NCBI GenBank assembly: GCA_903826775.1
Contig: CAIKFU010000050.1
Span: 5,618 to 69,617, forward strand
DNA length: 64,000 bases
From: an uncultured beta proteobacterium
Lineage (GTDB): Bacteria > Pseudomonadota > Gammaproteobacteria > Burkholderiales > Burkholderiaceae
Reading direction: 5' to 3'
The translations under genes were made by a program, and so were the position numbers. Shown here one piece after another: positions 41,563-52,827 of this stretch; position 1 is the first letter of the stretch, and each line of letters begins with the position of its first letter. The notes under the pieces were generated by a model, which searched no databases, was not told the DNA's origin, and worked only from the letters and a program-made list of their open reading frames with translations.

Positions 41563-43082
41563 TAAGCCACCTCGCTTGGTTGTCTCAAATGCCAATCACT
41601 GGATTGCTGATACTGGTGCGCTACTTGCAACAATTTAGCCTCAGAGAAGTAATTACCAATCAACTGCAAACCAATTGGTAAATTGTTGGAACTGAACCCA
41701 CAAGGCACACTCATTGCTGGTAATCCAGCCAAGTTAGCAGATAAGGTATAAATATCAGCCAAGTACATTTGCATTGGATCTTTTGTTTTCTCCCCAAGAC
41801 GCCAGGCTACATCAGGCGTCACTGGGCCAAGGATAATGTCGCACTCCTTAAATGCCGTCTGAAAATCAGCTGCAATAATTCGACGTATTCGCTGTGCCTG
41901 TAAATAGTATGCGTCGTAATAGCCATGTGAAAGTACATAAGTACCAATCAAAATACGGCGTTTCACTTCCTCACCAAAGCCTTCTGTTCGGGATTTTTTG
42001 TACATCTCCTGCAAATCACGATATTCACTAGTTCTATAACCATAACGAACGCCATCAAATCGACTCAAATTGCTTGAAGCTTCTGCTGGAGCCAAAACGT
42101 AATACACCGGAATAGATAGCTTGGTTTTTGGAAGGCTTACCTCTACCAGCTCTGCGCCCATACCATTTAGGACTTTAGCTGCTGCATTGACAGATCTGGC
42201 AACCGCTTCCGAAAGACCTTCCGAAAAAAATTCATTTGGCAAACCCACTCGCAATCCTTCAAGGGGTTTATTTGGATTTAAGTCTGCAGACTCCCTCCAG
42301 GGTTTATTCAAAAACCTACTGTAATCCTCTCCCGAATCCATTAAGGAAGTTGAATCGCGGGGATCGTGAAATGACATGGCGCTCAAAACCAAAGCGCAAT
42401 CTTCTGCTGTTTTACCAATTGGCCCAGCCTGATCCAGAGAAGAAGCATAAGCAATCATGCCGTAACGAGATACCCGACCATAACTGGGTTTAATTCCAGT
42501 CAGCCCACACAATGCTGCCGGCTGTCGAATTGATCCACCCGTATCTGTCCCAGTAGCAATTGGGGCTAGTCCAGCCGCCACAGCCACTGCTGACCCTCCA
42601 GACGACCCTCCAGAAACACATTCAGAATTCCAAGGATTCAAAGCAGGGCCAAAAGCAGAATTCTCGTTTGAAGAACCCATTGCAAATTCATCCATATTGG
42701 TCTTACCCAAACAGACCATGCCTGCCGCGCCGGGATTTCCATGGTTTGGTATGCCCAACCTGGAGACTACGGCTGCATCAAAAGGGCTTAAATACCCTTC
42801 AAGCATTTTGGATGCGGCTGTTGACTTCCAGCCTACGGTTACAAAAACGTCCTTATGGGCAATTGGAATACCCGTAAGCCTGCCAAAATTGCCTTTTGCA
42901 CGCAGAATATCGGCCTCTTTGGCTTGAGCCAGACTTAGTTCGGCATTTACATCCAAAAAGGCATTCCAACGTTTCCCAGCCTCTATTCGAGCCAAAAAGT
43001 AGCTGGTTAACTCCACGCTCGAGACATCTTTCGCCTCCAAAGCCTTTGCCAACAAGGAAATAGTGGTGTTATGCCAGCTCAT
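41562..43082 (-). CDS. gatA: Asp/Glu-tRNA amidotransferase subunit A
   Basis: Amidase signature [12 protein letters not shown], 506 aa. Confidence 0.95.
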   Translation of the reverse strand: MSWHNTTISLLAKALEAKDVSSVELTSYFLARIEAGKRWNAFLDVNAELSLAQAKEADILRAKGNFGRLTGIPIAHKDVFVTVGWKSTAASKMLEGYLSPFDAAVVSRLGIPNHGNPGAAGMVCLGKTNMDEFAMGSSNENSAFGPALNPWNSECVSGGSSGGSAVAVAAGLAPIATGTDTGGSIRQPAALCGLTGIKPSYGRVSRYGMIAYASSLDQAGPIGKTAEDCALVLSAMSFHDPRDSTSLMDSGEDYSRFLNKPWRESADLNPNKPLEGLRVGLPNEFFSEGLSEAVARSVNAAAKVLNGMGAELVEVSLPKTKLSIPVYYVLAPAEASSNLSRFDGVRYGYRTSEYRDLQEMYKKSRTEGFGEEVKRRILIGTYVLSHGYYDAYYLQAQRIRRIIAADFQTAFKECDIILGPVTPDVAWRLGEKTKDPMQMYLADIYTLSANLAGLPAMSVPCGFSSNNLPIGLQLIGNYFSEAKLLQVAHQYQQSSDWHLRQPSEVA

Positions 43083-43372
43083 TCAATCACCCTTGGAACC
43101 AGAAAATACCCATCCTGCTTAGCTGGCGCCGTGAGCATATTCTCCTCACGGTGGTTTTCCTCGGTAACCCGATCAACCCTAAGTGGCTGAGCTAAATCCC
43201 GCAAAAATAAGATTGGGTGGGCCAAAGGCTCAAAATTCCTTGTATCAACAGCCTGCATTTCTTCAACTAATGAAAAAATGGCCTGTAACTGTGGCAGAAC
43301 AGCCTCGGCTTCTGCTTGAGTTAACTCAAGCATCGAAAGATGCGCAATGCGCTGGACATCATTAAGTTTCAT
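43079..43372 (-). CDS. gatC: Asp/Glu-tRNA amidotransferase subunit C
   Basis: 97 aa, [10 protein letters not shown]...EEM pattern, 4-nt overlap with gatA. Confidence 0.9.
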   Translation of the reverse strand: MKLNDVQRIAHLSMLELTQAEAEAVLPQLQAIFSLVEEMQAVDTRNFEPLAHPILFLRDLAQPLRVDRVTEENHREENMLTAPAKQDGYFLVPRVIE

Positions 43373-43374
43373 AG

Positions 43375-44478
<1,104 letters not shown>

Positions 44479-44502
44479 ACGGCCTTCGCGTCGTCCTGGG
44501 CA

Positions 44503-45447
44503 TTGCAACATAGCACTCCTCCACTTTTCAGACAAGGCATTCCGGCCTTAGTAAAACTGATCGTCTGTCTGTCAATCAGCATTGCATTAATGCTGATTGA
44601 CTTTCGCTTTAAAACTCTTGACCCTATAAGAAATGAGGTTAATTGGCTATTGCGACCCCTTGAATACGTCATGCTGTCGCCTCGGAACATGCTTGAAGCT
44701 GCCTCAGAATATTTCACTTCCCGTGGGGCTCTTGACCACGAAAATCAGATCATGAAGACCCGACAAGCTGAACTATCCTTGCTGGCAAACCAGTCTGAGC
44801 TCTTGTTGGTAGAAAACCAAAACTTACGCCAATTACTCGATCTACAAAAACAAGTGCCTTTCAAAACACTTCCTGTAGAAATTCTTTTCAATCCACCAAA
44901 TCCCATCTCTCAACGTGTAGTCATCAACCGAGGTAGCAAGGATGGCCTAAAACTTGGCAACCCTATCGCCAATGATGCTGGTATTTTGGGACAAGTAGTC
45001 AGACTGTACGAAAACTCGGCAGAAGTGTCCCTATTGGAAGACCGAGATTTTGCAGTTCCTGTTCAAGTTGCCCGCAACGGATTAAGAGCTGCTGTATTTG
45101 GCGCAGGCCGTAGTAATCCACTTGAACTTCGCTACCTTCCGGTTGCAAGCGATCTTGAAGTTGGAGACATACTATTAACCTCAGGAATTGATGGCGTATA
45201 CCCACCTGGCTTTGCAGTTGCAATGATCAGTCGCATCGAGAGAAATGCCGACAAAAACTCCTCAAATGTATTTTGTACCCCTGTTGCGGCAGTCAATCGT
45301 TACCGTCAAGCCCTTGCCATTCTTTACGACCCACAATGGAACGCCAAATCACCAAGCAATCCACCAACGTCTTCAGGATTATCATCAGGCGCAAACATTA
45401 TGAATGCCCCTGGTCGCCGCCAAACAAGAGCGCGAGGAATGCAATGA
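44503..45447 (+). CDS. mreC: Rod shape-determining protein MreC
   Basis: TTG start, N-terminal TM, coiled-coil (ENQNLRQLL), and beta-barrel domains with VINRGSKDGL and GVYPPGF. Confidence 0.9.
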   Translation: MQHSTPPLFRQGIPALVKLIVCLSISIALMLIDFRFKTLDPIRNEVNWLLRPLEYVMLSPRNMLEAASEYFTSRGALDHENQIMKTRQAELSLLANQSELLLVENQNLRQLLDLQKQVPFKTLPVEILFNPPNPISQRVVINRGSKDGLKLGNPIANDAGILGQVVRLYENSAEVSLLEDRDFAVPVQVARNGLRAAVFGAGRSNPLELRYLPVASDLEVGDILLTSGIDGVYPPGFAVAMISRIERNADKNSSNVFCTPVAAVNRYRQALAILYDPQWNAKSPSNPPTSSGLSSGANIMNAPGRRQTRARGMQ

Positions 45448-45968
45448 TTGACTCGCAAAGCGGCTACATTCTTCGGCCAGTTAACCCCCTCTTTATCATT
45501 TTTAGCCTTCTTTGCGCGTTATTGTTAAATCTCTTGCCTCTAGGTAACCATAGTTGGGTTCCTGACTGGCTAATTATTTGCATTATTTTCTGGAATATTC
45601 ATCAACACCGTTTTGTAGGGGTTATCTGGGCTTTCTTACTGGGTCTCTTGATGGATGTGCACAATTCTGATCTATTGGGTCTGCATGCATTCAGTTATTC
45701 ATTGGTAGCGTATTTCGCAATTTCCTGGCAAAAACGCATCGTTGCCCTGCCTATTTTTACTCAAGCACTACATCTGCTGCCTATTTTTATGTTGGTCGCA
45801 TTGTTTCCTGTATTAATGCATTGGATTCTTACTGGAGAATTATATTGGTGGGCCATTACTGGCTCATTACAAGCGTTTATTGAAGCACTACTATGGCCAC
45901 TGGCAACTTATTTACTCTTAGCCCCTCAGCGACGTCCTATTGATGTTGACCACAATCGTCCGCTCTAA
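45444..45968 (+). CDS. mreD: Rod shape-determining protein MreD
   Basis: ATG 45444 overlaps the mreC stop (ATGA). The product is a polytopic membrane protein of about 174 aa in the canonical mreBCD position. The longer ORF-track frame from 45273 lies inside mreC. Confidence 0.85.
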   Translation: MIDSQSGYILRPVNPLFIIFSLLCALLLNLLPLGNHSWVPDWLIICIIFWNIHQHRFVGVIWAFLLGLLMDVHNSDLLGLHAFSYSLVAYFAISWQKRIVALPIFTQALHLLPIFMLVALFPVLMHWILTGELYWWAITGSLQAFIEALLWPLATYLLLAPQRRPIDVDHNRPL

Positions 45969-45976
45969 GATGTCGT

Positions 45977-47887
45977 ATGGTTTCTTTTAAAAAATCTGAC
46001 CTTAATTCATTTCAAGAGCGAATACGCGTTGCGACGTTATTCGTTACATTTTGTTTTCTGATTTTACTAACGCGTTTAATTTGGTTGCAAATCGTTAGCC
46101 ATAATAAATACTCAGTACTTGCAGAAAACAACCGTATAGCCCTCATTCCTGCACCGGCAAATCGAGGACTTCTTATTGATAGAAACGGTATTGTCATTGG
46201 CAGAAATTACTCTGCCCTCACTTTAGATGTTAATGCCGAAGAAATTAAAGTAAATATCGATCAACTAATTGATGAGCTTTCAGAAATCATTCTCATCTCT
46301 CCAAGAGACCGTCGCAACTTCAAACGGTCATTAGAAGACTCTAGGAATATGGGGACCTTTCCGTTACGCTCCATGCTAACTGAAGCCGAAACAGCGCGAT
46401 TTATGGCTAATCGTTATCGTTTTCCTGGCGTAGAAATTAGAGCTCGCAATTTCCGAGAATACCCATATAACGAACTTGCGTCTCACCTGATTGGATACAT
46501 AGGGCGAGTTTCCCTCAGAGATAAAGAGCGTATGCAACTTGAAATTGAAAATGGAAAATTCGAAGACGACCCGAATGCACTACAGACTTCTTTTCTGCCA
46601 GGCATTCAATACGTAGGCAAAATTGGACTGGAACAAAAATATGAAACAGTCTTAAGAGGCACTCCTGGTTATGATCAAGTAGAAATTACTGCGGGCGGAA
46701 AACCAGTGAGAACCTTATCCAGTTTTCCCTCCACACCAGGAAAAAATATCATCCTATCTGTTGACATTAAATTGCAATATTTAGTTGAGCAACTTTATGG
46801 CAATTTTCGGGGCGCGTTTGTTGCAATTGAGCCCGAAACAGGGGACGTGCTTGCCTTCGTATCAAAGCCCAATTTCAATCCGAATGACTTTGTGGAAGGC
46901 ATTGATTCCGCCACCTGGAAAGAACTTAATGAGTCAAAGGAAAAACCTCTTTATAACCGACCATTGAAGGGAATCTATCCGCCTGGCTCCACCTACAAGC
47001 CCTTTATGGCGCTTGGCGCACTGGAAACAAAAAAACGCACGCCATCTCAAACCATTTTTGATCCAGGCTACTTTGATTTTGGCAACAATACCTTCCGTGA
47101 CGATAAAAAAGGCGGTCATGGTACTGTTGATATGCAAAAATCAATTGTGGATTCTTGTGACACATACTATTACATGCTTGCTAAAGATATGGGAGTCAAC
47201 ACTATTCACGACTTCATGAAACCGCTAGGTCTTGGCCAAATAACTGGCATTGATTTGGAAGGTGAATCGCGCGGAGTTCTTCCATCAACAGCGTGGAAGC
47301 GAAATACCTTCAAAAAACCCGAACAGCAAAAATGGTATGAAGGCGAAACCATTTCACTAGGAATAGGACAAGGCTATAACGCATTTACTATTTTGCAACT
47401 AGCTCATGCATTAGCAAATGTAGTGAACAATGGAGTGGTGATGAAGCCGCACCTTGTTAAAGCCATAGAAGATCCGTTTACGCGTCACAAGGAACTAACC
47501 ACCCCAAAAGAGAGCTATCGAATTGATATAAAACCTGACAATATTGAAGTAATTAAACGGGCAATGATTGAGGTAAACAAAACGGGTACAGGAGCGACAG
47601 CTTTTAAAGACGCCAGCTTTCAAGCAGGCGGAAAAACCGGAACCGCCCAAGTTTTTAGTTTAAATGCGAAAGAATATAAACAAGGCTCTACCGCAGAATT
47701 TTTACGTGATCACGCTCTCTTTATTGCATTTGCACCAGCTGATAAACCTACAATCGTAATTGCCATGGTCGTAGAAAACGCGGGTTTTGGCGCACAATAT
47801 GCTGCTCCTATTGCACGCAAGGCTTTGGATTACTACCTAGAAGGTAAATGGCCAAAGGAGGTTCCTGAATGGAAAAGGGCTCCATAA
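45977..47887 (+). CDS. mrdA: Penicillin-binding protein 2 (elongasome transpeptidase)
   Basis: SxxK (GSTYKP), SxN-type region and KTGTAQ motifs, 636 aa, followed by rodA. Confidence 0.95.
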   Translation: MVSFKKSDLNSFQERIRVATLFVTFCFLILLTRLIWLQIVSHNKYSVLAENNRIALIPAPANRGLLIDRNGIVIGRNYSALTLDVNAEEIKVNIDQLIDELSEIILISPRDRRNFKRSLEDSRNMGTFPLRSMLTEAETARFMANRYRFPGVEIRARNFREYPYNELASHLIGYIGRVSLRDKERMQLEIENGKFEDDPNALQTSFLPGIQYVGKIGLEQKYETVLRGTPGYDQVEITAGGKPVRTLSSFPSTPGKNIILSVDIKLQYLVEQLYGNFRGAFVAIEPETGDVLAFVSKPNFNPNDFVEGIDSATWKELNESKEKPLYNRPLKGIYPPGSTYKPFMALGALETKKRTPSQTIFDPGYFDFGNNTFRDDKKGGHGTVDMQKSIVDSCDTYYYMLAKDMGVNTIHDFMKPLGLGQITGIDLEGESRGVLPSTAWKRNTFKKPEQQKWYEGETISLGIGQGYNAFTILQLAHALANVVNNGVVMKPHLVKAIEDPFTRHKELTTPKESYRIDIKPDNIEVIKRAMIEVNKTGTGATAFKDASFQAGGKTGTAQVFSLNAKEYKQGSTAEFLRDHALFIAFAPADKPTIVIAMVVENAGFGAQYAAPIARKALDYYLEGKWPKEVPEWKRAP

Positions 47888-49011
47888 AAAAACTATTTTT
47901 TCGTTTTTTTTCTGGTCTTGATCGCCAACTAGGCTTAACATTATTTGCTCTAGTCGTTGTTGGCTTGATTACGTTTTTATCGGCAAGTCAAAATACCCCT
48001 GTACGCCTTGAAGATGAATTACGCAATTTAGCATTAGCGTTTGTCGTCATGTGGATTGTTTCTAGAATTCCCCCAAAATGGCTTGAGCTTGCAGCGGTAT
48101 GGGTCTATGGATTTGGTCTTTTATTATTACTAGCGGTTGCTGCTTTTGGCTTAGTTAAAAAGGGTGCACGCCGCTGGTTAAATATTGGCTTTATTATCCA
48201 ACCATCTGAATTAATGAAGATTGCCATGCCGCTAATGCTTGCTTGGTATTTTCAAAAGCGCGAGGGTATTCAAAAAACTTGGGATTATGGCGTTGCTGCA
48301 CTGATATTAAGCCTTCCTGTCTTCTTAATTGCCCGACAACCTGATTTAGGAACGGCCTTGTTGGTATCCGCCGCCGGACTTTATGTAATTATTTTGGCTG
48401 GACTGCCTTGGCGCTGGATTATTCCAGTTGTAGCAGTTGGTGTTGTTGGAATACTGCTTATTATTATTTTTGGAGATACGATTTGCATGTCTGATCTTCC
48501 CTGGCCCTTTATTCGAGATTATCAAAAGCATCGTATTTGTACCTTACTTGACCCCACAACCGACCCCCTTGGAAAAGGATTTCATACAATCCAATCAATG
48601 ATTGCAATTGGTTCTGGAGGTTTTTTTGGCAAAGGTTGGTTTCAAGGCACACAAGCTCACCTGGAATTCATTCCGGAAAAACATACGGATTTTATTTTCG
48701 CTGTTTATTCCGAAGAATTTGGGCTATTTGGAAACCTAATTTTATTGATTTTATTTTTTGCCCTGATTAAACGAGGGCTCACGATTTCTGCAAGTGCACC
48801 AACACTATTTACAAGACTTCTAGGGGCTTCTGTGACCTTAATCTTCTTCACCTATGCTTTTGTAAATATTGGTATGGTTAGCGGTCTACTACCAGTCGTA
48901 GGCGTACCATTGCCTATGATTAGCTATGGCGGCACTGCTCTTGTTACGTTGGGATTTGGCGCTGGCATTCTAATGAGCATTCATCGCCACAAACGCTTAG
49001 TGCAAAGTTAA
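47869..49011 (+). CDS. rodA: Peptidoglycan glycosyltransferase RodA (SEDS family)
   Basis: Full-length SEDS pattern (QPSELMK, TDFIFAV, PLPMISYGGT), 380 aa. Confidence 0.95.
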   Translation: MEKGSIKKLFFRFFSGLDRQLGLTLFALVVVGLITFLSASQNTPVRLEDELRNLALAFVVMWIVSRIPPKWLELAAVWVYGFGLLLLLAVAAFGLVKKGARRWLNIGFIIQPSELMKIAMPLMLAWYFQKREGIQKTWDYGVAALILSLPVFLIARQPDLGTALLVSAAGLYVIILAGLPWRWIIPVVAVGVVGILLIIIFGDTICMSDLPWPFIRDYQKHRICTLLDPTTDPLGKGFHTIQSMIAIGSGGFFGKGWFQGTQAHLEFIPEKHTDFIFAVYSEEFGLFGNLILLILFFALIKRGLTISASAPTLFTRLLGASVTLIFFTYAFVNIGMVSGLLPVVGVPLPMISYGGTALVTLGFGAGILMSIHRHKRLVQS

Positions 49012-49018
49012 ATTATCC

Positions 49019-49049
49019 AAAAAAAAGCCCGGCAAGCCGGGCATTTTTC
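49019..49049. terminator. Bidirectional rho-independent terminator between rodA and hupB
   Basis: AAAAAAAA-GCCCGG-CAAG-CCGGGC-ATTTTT. A GC-rich stem flanked by an A-tract and a T-tract serves both convergent genes. Confidence 0.85.
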
Positions 49050-49062
49050 AATCTCGCAAGAA

Positions 49063-49347
49063 TTACTTCTTACGCTTATTGACTGAATCCTTAAATGCCT
49101 TACCAGCAGAAAACTTAACAGTCTTAGCAGCGGCAATTTTAAGTGGTTCGCCAGTTTTTGGATTGCGGCCCATACGAGCTGCACGTTTGCCTGAGGCAAA
49201 TGTACCAAAACCAATCAGTTGAACTGAATCACCCTTGGTAACAGCCTTAATAATGTGCTCAATCGCAGAATTTAATGCAAATTCTGCTTTGGCTTTTGAA
49301 ATCTCAGCATCGTCGGCAATCGCTGCGATTAGTTCTGCTTTGTTCAA
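49063..49347 (-). CDS. hupB: DNA-binding protein HU
   Basis: (M)[10 protein letters not shown]...[29 protein letters not shown] start at 49347..49345 is preceded by AAGGAG. The ORF-track start at 49383 adds a non-homologous extension. Confidence 0.92.
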   Translation of the reverse strand: MNKAELIAAIADDAEISKAKAEFALNSAIEHIIKAVTKGDSVQLIGFGTFASGKRAARMGRNPKTGEPLKIAAAKTVKFSAGKAFKDSVNKRKK

Positions 49348-49464
49348 GTGAAGCTCCTTATATATATTGATGTAGGCGCACAACGCGCTTACGTGATTTT
49401 AAACACAAATAATAAAAAAAATAAAGCTGCTTTACAGCAATTTTTAAAACTAGGGTATTCGCCA

Positions 49465-49827
49465 CTATTCTAAAACGCTAACATCGACAATAAAATAATC
49501 CGTTTCGCCAAAGCAATTTGTCGGTAAACCAATGTGTTGTTCATACTTTAACGCCACTTTTTTACCCAAATTTGCATTAATTTTTTGCGCTACAGCATCT
49601 TCAAGTGTGGAAAAAAGAAATTTTTCAGACATGGTTCCAGGCATAGAAACCATCGCCAACTCGCCTTCCCAAGTCTTGCAAAAATATCCCCTTTTTGAGA
49701 ATTTCTGCACATATCCTGCGCGTTCACCGTTGGCATAACTCCAATTCAACATTACCCAGGTATACCCGGATAATCCTACAGCGCCAATCAATATAAGGCT
49801 TATCAGCCATTTTAAGAATGCATTCAT
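49465..49827 (-). CDS. Hypothetical membrane-anchored protein
   Basis: 120 aa with an N-terminal TM or signal anchor (FLKWLISLILIGAVGLSGY). I recognise no family. Confidence 0.6.
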   Translation of the reverse strand: MNAFLKWLISLILIGAVGLSGYTWVMLNWSYANGERAGYVQKFSKRGYFCKTWEGELAMVSMPGTMSEKFLFSTLEDAVAQKINANLGKKVALKYEQHIGLPTNCFGETDYFIVDVSVLE

Positions 49828-49877
49828 CTTTGTTCCTCAGCCCTTAAACTCAATTAAACCTTAAAGCAATACCCCAT

Positions 49878-49905
49878 AGTATAGGTGGAGAGCCGGCTTT
49901 AACAA
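49878..49905 (-). promoter_or_regulatory. Candidate sigma70 promoter for the 120-aa membrane protein gene
   Basis: The minus strand reads TTGTTA-16 nt-TATACT, about 50 nt upstream of ATG 49827. This is sequence resemblance only. Confidence 0.3.
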
Positions 49906-50150
49906 TATAGAAAATATCTTTTATTCTCATGGCGAAACGCACTTAAAAACCAATTCTCATCATTTATTTGCTCAACAGATGCCATTTTTTAATTATTAAG
50001 TAATTTTTAGAATCATGGGCATGGGCTTTTATACCCAAGAACTAAACCATTCCATTTCAAAACTGGAACGCAGAGTATGGTTAACTCCAACCATATGAAT
50101 ATTAAATTTCATCTTTTTAACTGTTTTTTTAAAGTTTGCTCGCGTAAAAC

Positions 50151-50450
50151 CTAGGGTGTTAATGCCTTAATGATTTGCTCAATGCCCATTCCACCCCAAA
50201 CTTCAACCCGTTTAAATCGACTATTTTGTCCAGAAATAAGCTGAATTTGTTTTTGTTGAATCCTTAATTGTTTTGAAAGCCAACCAATCAATGCCTGATT
50301 TGCTTTGTTTTCTAGCGCTGGAGCTTGAATAGAAATTTTCAAACAACCGTCATGTACCCCTACCACTCTAGTTTGCTTGGCACCCGGCTGGCAATAGATA
50401 GATAGGGTGATTCCTTCTGCAGTTTCTTTTAACCAAATGGGCATCATCAA
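50151..50450 (-). CDS. DUF167 (YggU) family protein
   Basis: 99 aa. ..GITLSIYCQPGAKQTRVVGVHDGCLKISIQAPALENKANQALIGWLSKQL matches the YggU/UPF0235 pattern. Confidence 0.8.
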   Translation of the reverse strand: MMMPIWLKETAEGITLSIYCQPGAKQTRVVGVHDGCLKISIQAPALENKANQALIGWLSKQLRIQQKQIQLISGQNSRFKRVEVWGGMGIEQIIKALTP

Positions 50451-50475
50451 AATAATTTAAACTTAAGTCATATAT

Positions 50476-51141
50476 ATGAAGAACTCTAATGCTTTAGACC
50501 ATTTATTTCAGAATAATCGTAAATGGGCCTCTAATATGGTGGCCAAGGATCCTGATTTTTTTAAACGCCTAGTTTCACAGCAGGCGCCAGAATATTTATG
50601 GATTGGATGCGCTGATAGCCGCGTTCCAGCAAACGACATTGTTAATTTATTGCCTGGAGAGTTGTTTGTTCACCGTAATGTTGCAAATGTTGTGGTGCAC
50701 ACAGACCTTAATTGCCTCTCAGTACTGCAATTTGCCATTGATCTTTTAAAAGTCAAGCATATTCTAGTTGTTGGTCACTACGGTTGCGCTGGCGTTCACG
50801 CTGCGTTAAGTGATATTCGAGTAGGCTTGGCTGATAACTGGCTACGGCATGTGAAAGACGTACACCAAAAACACGAACGCTATTTAGGTGAATGTCTTCC
50901 AACCGCTAAACGACAAGACCGATTATGTGAATTGAACGTAATTGAACAGGTTGTTAATGTTTGTGAAACCACCATCGTTCAAGACGCTTGGGCACGCGGT
51001 CAAGAGTTAACTGTTCATGGCTGGACCTACCGACTGGAAAATGGCCTTGTAAACGACTTAGGCATGTCCATTAGCTCTACTAGCGAAGTGTTAGCGTGTC
51101 ATGCGCGAAGCATCAGTCGCTATGAGGCTGAAGGCAATTAA
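50476..51141 (+). CDS. can: Beta-class carbonic anhydrase
   Basis: CADSRVPAN and VVGHYGCAGV zinc-ligand motifs, 221 aa. Confidence 0.92.
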   Translation: MKNSNALDHLFQNNRKWASNMVAKDPDFFKRLVSQQAPEYLWIGCADSRVPANDIVNLLPGELFVHRNVANVVVHTDLNCLSVLQFAIDLLKVKHILVVGHYGCAGVHAALSDIRVGLADNWLRHVKDVHQKHERYLGECLPTAKRQDRLCELNVIEQVVNVCETTIVQDAWARGQELTVHGWTYRLENGLVNDLGMSISSTSEVLACHARSISRYEAEGN

Positions 51142-51152
51142 AGTATTTCATT

Positions 51153-52040
51153 TTGTTTAAGTCCTTTCTTAATTACCTTGGAGTGGCATTTCTCAAACTC
51201 CTATCGATACTGCCTTATAAATTATTGGTTGGCTTTGGATACTGTCTTGGGTATATTGCCGCTCGCATTCCAAGCGAGAGGAGTCGCGTAGTACAGACTA
51301 ACCTACGCCTATGTTTTCCTCAATTCAATGAAAACTCTATAAATAAGCTTAGCGGTAAACACTGGCTCCTCTTGGGTCGAAGTATTGTTGAAAAAAGTAT
51401 TATTTGGCTTGGCTCATCAAAGCAAATTAGCAATATGGTTGAAGTCAAGTCAGAGGTTGATCTTGCTAGCAGAACTCCCCGCATATTAGTAAATATGCAC
51501 TTTACAGGCATTGAAGGCAGCATTGTATTAAGCGCCCTTTCAAACGAGAATGGCTGGCCCAGAACCTCAGGGTTTTTTCAAAGGATGAAGAGTCCGTTTT
51601 TTAATCGGAAAATTATTGAATGGAGAAACCGATTTGGAGGGAAATCCATTGACCGACAAGGGAATTTGCTTGAATTAATGCGCGAAATTCGAAAAGGAAA
51701 CCTCATTATCATCGCACCAGATATAGACTTGGGGCTCAAAGACTCTGTTTTTGTCCCTTTTTTTGGCATTCAAACAAATACCATTACGGCCGTTTCTCGA
51801 CTAGCAAAAATTACTGGCGCCGAGGTTTGCATGATGATCACGACACTAAAACCTGATAATTCTGGATATTTATGCACAATCAGCAAGCCGATACCAGATT
51901 TCCCTACCGATAATCCAAAAGCCGACACCGCCCTTTTAAATCAATACTTTGAAAGAGAAATTCGTTTACGACCTGCTGAATACTATTGGGTACATAAGCG
52001 ATTCAAAAACCGACCCCCCAATGAGTCTAGCGTCTATTAA
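51153..52040 (+). CDS. Lipid A late acyltransferase family protein (LpxL/HtrB-like), copy 2
   Basis: TTG start, N-terminal TM, acyltransferase motif NMHFTGIE, C-terminal YYWVHKRFK. Confidence 0.8.
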   Translation: MFKSFLNYLGVAFLKLLSILPYKLLVGFGYCLGYIAARIPSERSRVVQTNLRLCFPQFNENSINKLSGKHWLLLGRSIVEKSIIWLGSSKQISNMVEVKSEVDLASRTPRILVNMHFTGIEGSIVLSALSNENGWPRTSGFFQRMKSPFFNRKIIEWRNRFGGKSIDRQGNLLELMREIRKGNLIIIAPDIDLGLKDSVFVPFFGIQTNTITAVSRLAKITGAEVCMMITTLKPDNSGYLCTISKPIPDFPTDNPKADTALLNQYFEREIRLRPAEYYWVHKRFKNRPPNESSVY

Positions 52041-52063
52041 TCTATATGCCATATCATTAAGTC

Positions 52064-52816
52064 ATGATCGAACGAATCGGGCTATTTGCCGACTTACACA
52101 GTAACTTAGAGGCTTTTGAGGCTTGCATGGCTAGTGCCAAAGAGCTTGGTGTAACTCGCATGGTTTTTCTAGGCGATATTGTTGGCTATAACGCCGACCC
52201 AATTGCCCTAGTTGATAGGGTTGCAGATTTGGTTCATGCTGGAAAAGCTATTGCGGTACTTGGCAATCACGATGAGGCTGTATTTAAAGACTATAGCCAA
52301 CGAATGAATCCCAATGCAAACGCTGCCATTGCCTGGACTAAATCGCAATTGAACACAAGCCAAATTGGATTTTTACAAAGCCTGCCTTTGGTAATTAATG
52401 AAGAGGACGTGTGCTTTGTGCATGCCTCCGCACACAATCCTGCTGAATGGAATTACGTAACCGATAGCATGAGCGCATGGAATTGCGTCCAAAGCTCTGG
52501 AAAAACATATACCTTTGTTGGCCATGTCCATGAACAAGCGCTTTTTTACCAAAGCGCAGTTGGAAAATTGATTCGTTTTGCGCCCCACCCCGGAGATGAA
52601 GTGCCAGTCTGGAAACATCGCCAATGGGTTGGCGTCGTTGGGTCCTTGGGGCAGCCTAGAGATGGTAATCCTGAAGCTTGCTTTGCAGTTTTTGAAGCCG
52701 ACTCTGAAAACCTTACTTTTCACAGAGTTCCATATGACCATTACACCGCTGCCGAAAAAATTCGTCGCGCTGGGCTGCCTGACGAATTGGCAATTCGATT
52801 AATAACTGGCAAATAA
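52064..52816 (+). CDS. Calcineurin-like metallophosphoesterase
   Basis: FADLHSN (DxH), LGDIVGYNADP (GDxx..), LGNHD and GHVH motifs. The substrate is unknown. Confidence 0.85.
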   Translation: MIERIGLFADLHSNLEAFEACMASAKELGVTRMVFLGDIVGYNADPIALVDRVADLVHAGKAIAVLGNHDEAVFKDYSQRMNPNANAAIAWTKSQLNTSQIGFLQSLPLVINEEDVCFVHASAHNPAEWNYVTDSMSAWNCVQSSGKTYTFVGHVHEQALFYQSAVGKLIRFAPHPGDEVPVWKHRQWVGVVGSLGQPRDGNPEACFAVFEADSENLTFHRVPYDHYTAAEKIRRAGLPDELAIRLITGK

Positions 52817-52827
52817 ATTTTTGATCA

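Noticed and set aside
45273-45443. 5' extensions of ORF-track frames, including mreD from 45273, glmU from 16523, gatB from 41595, DUF484 from 40124 and hupB from 49383.
   Set aside because: Homology to the respective families begins at internal starts (45444, 16484, 41562, 40061, 49347). Those starts remove the overlaps with upstream genes or are preceded by good SD sequences.
49426-49438. A GCTG-N5-CAGC mini-hairpin followed on the minus strand by a long T-tract, downstream of the 120-aa membrane protein gene.
   Set aside because: The stem is only 4 bp. The T-tract is just as likely part of the AT-rich hupB promoter region.
49899-49985. Mini-ORFs in non-coding gaps: a 28-codon minus-strand ORF at 49899..49985, a 27-codon + strand ORF starting at about 50015, and an 18-codon ORF at 29442..29498.
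   Set aside because: They have no Shine-Dalgarno sequence and no recognisable peptide family, and such ORFs are expected by chance in AT-rich spacers. They are mentioned in the findings only as items to check against transcript or ribosome data.
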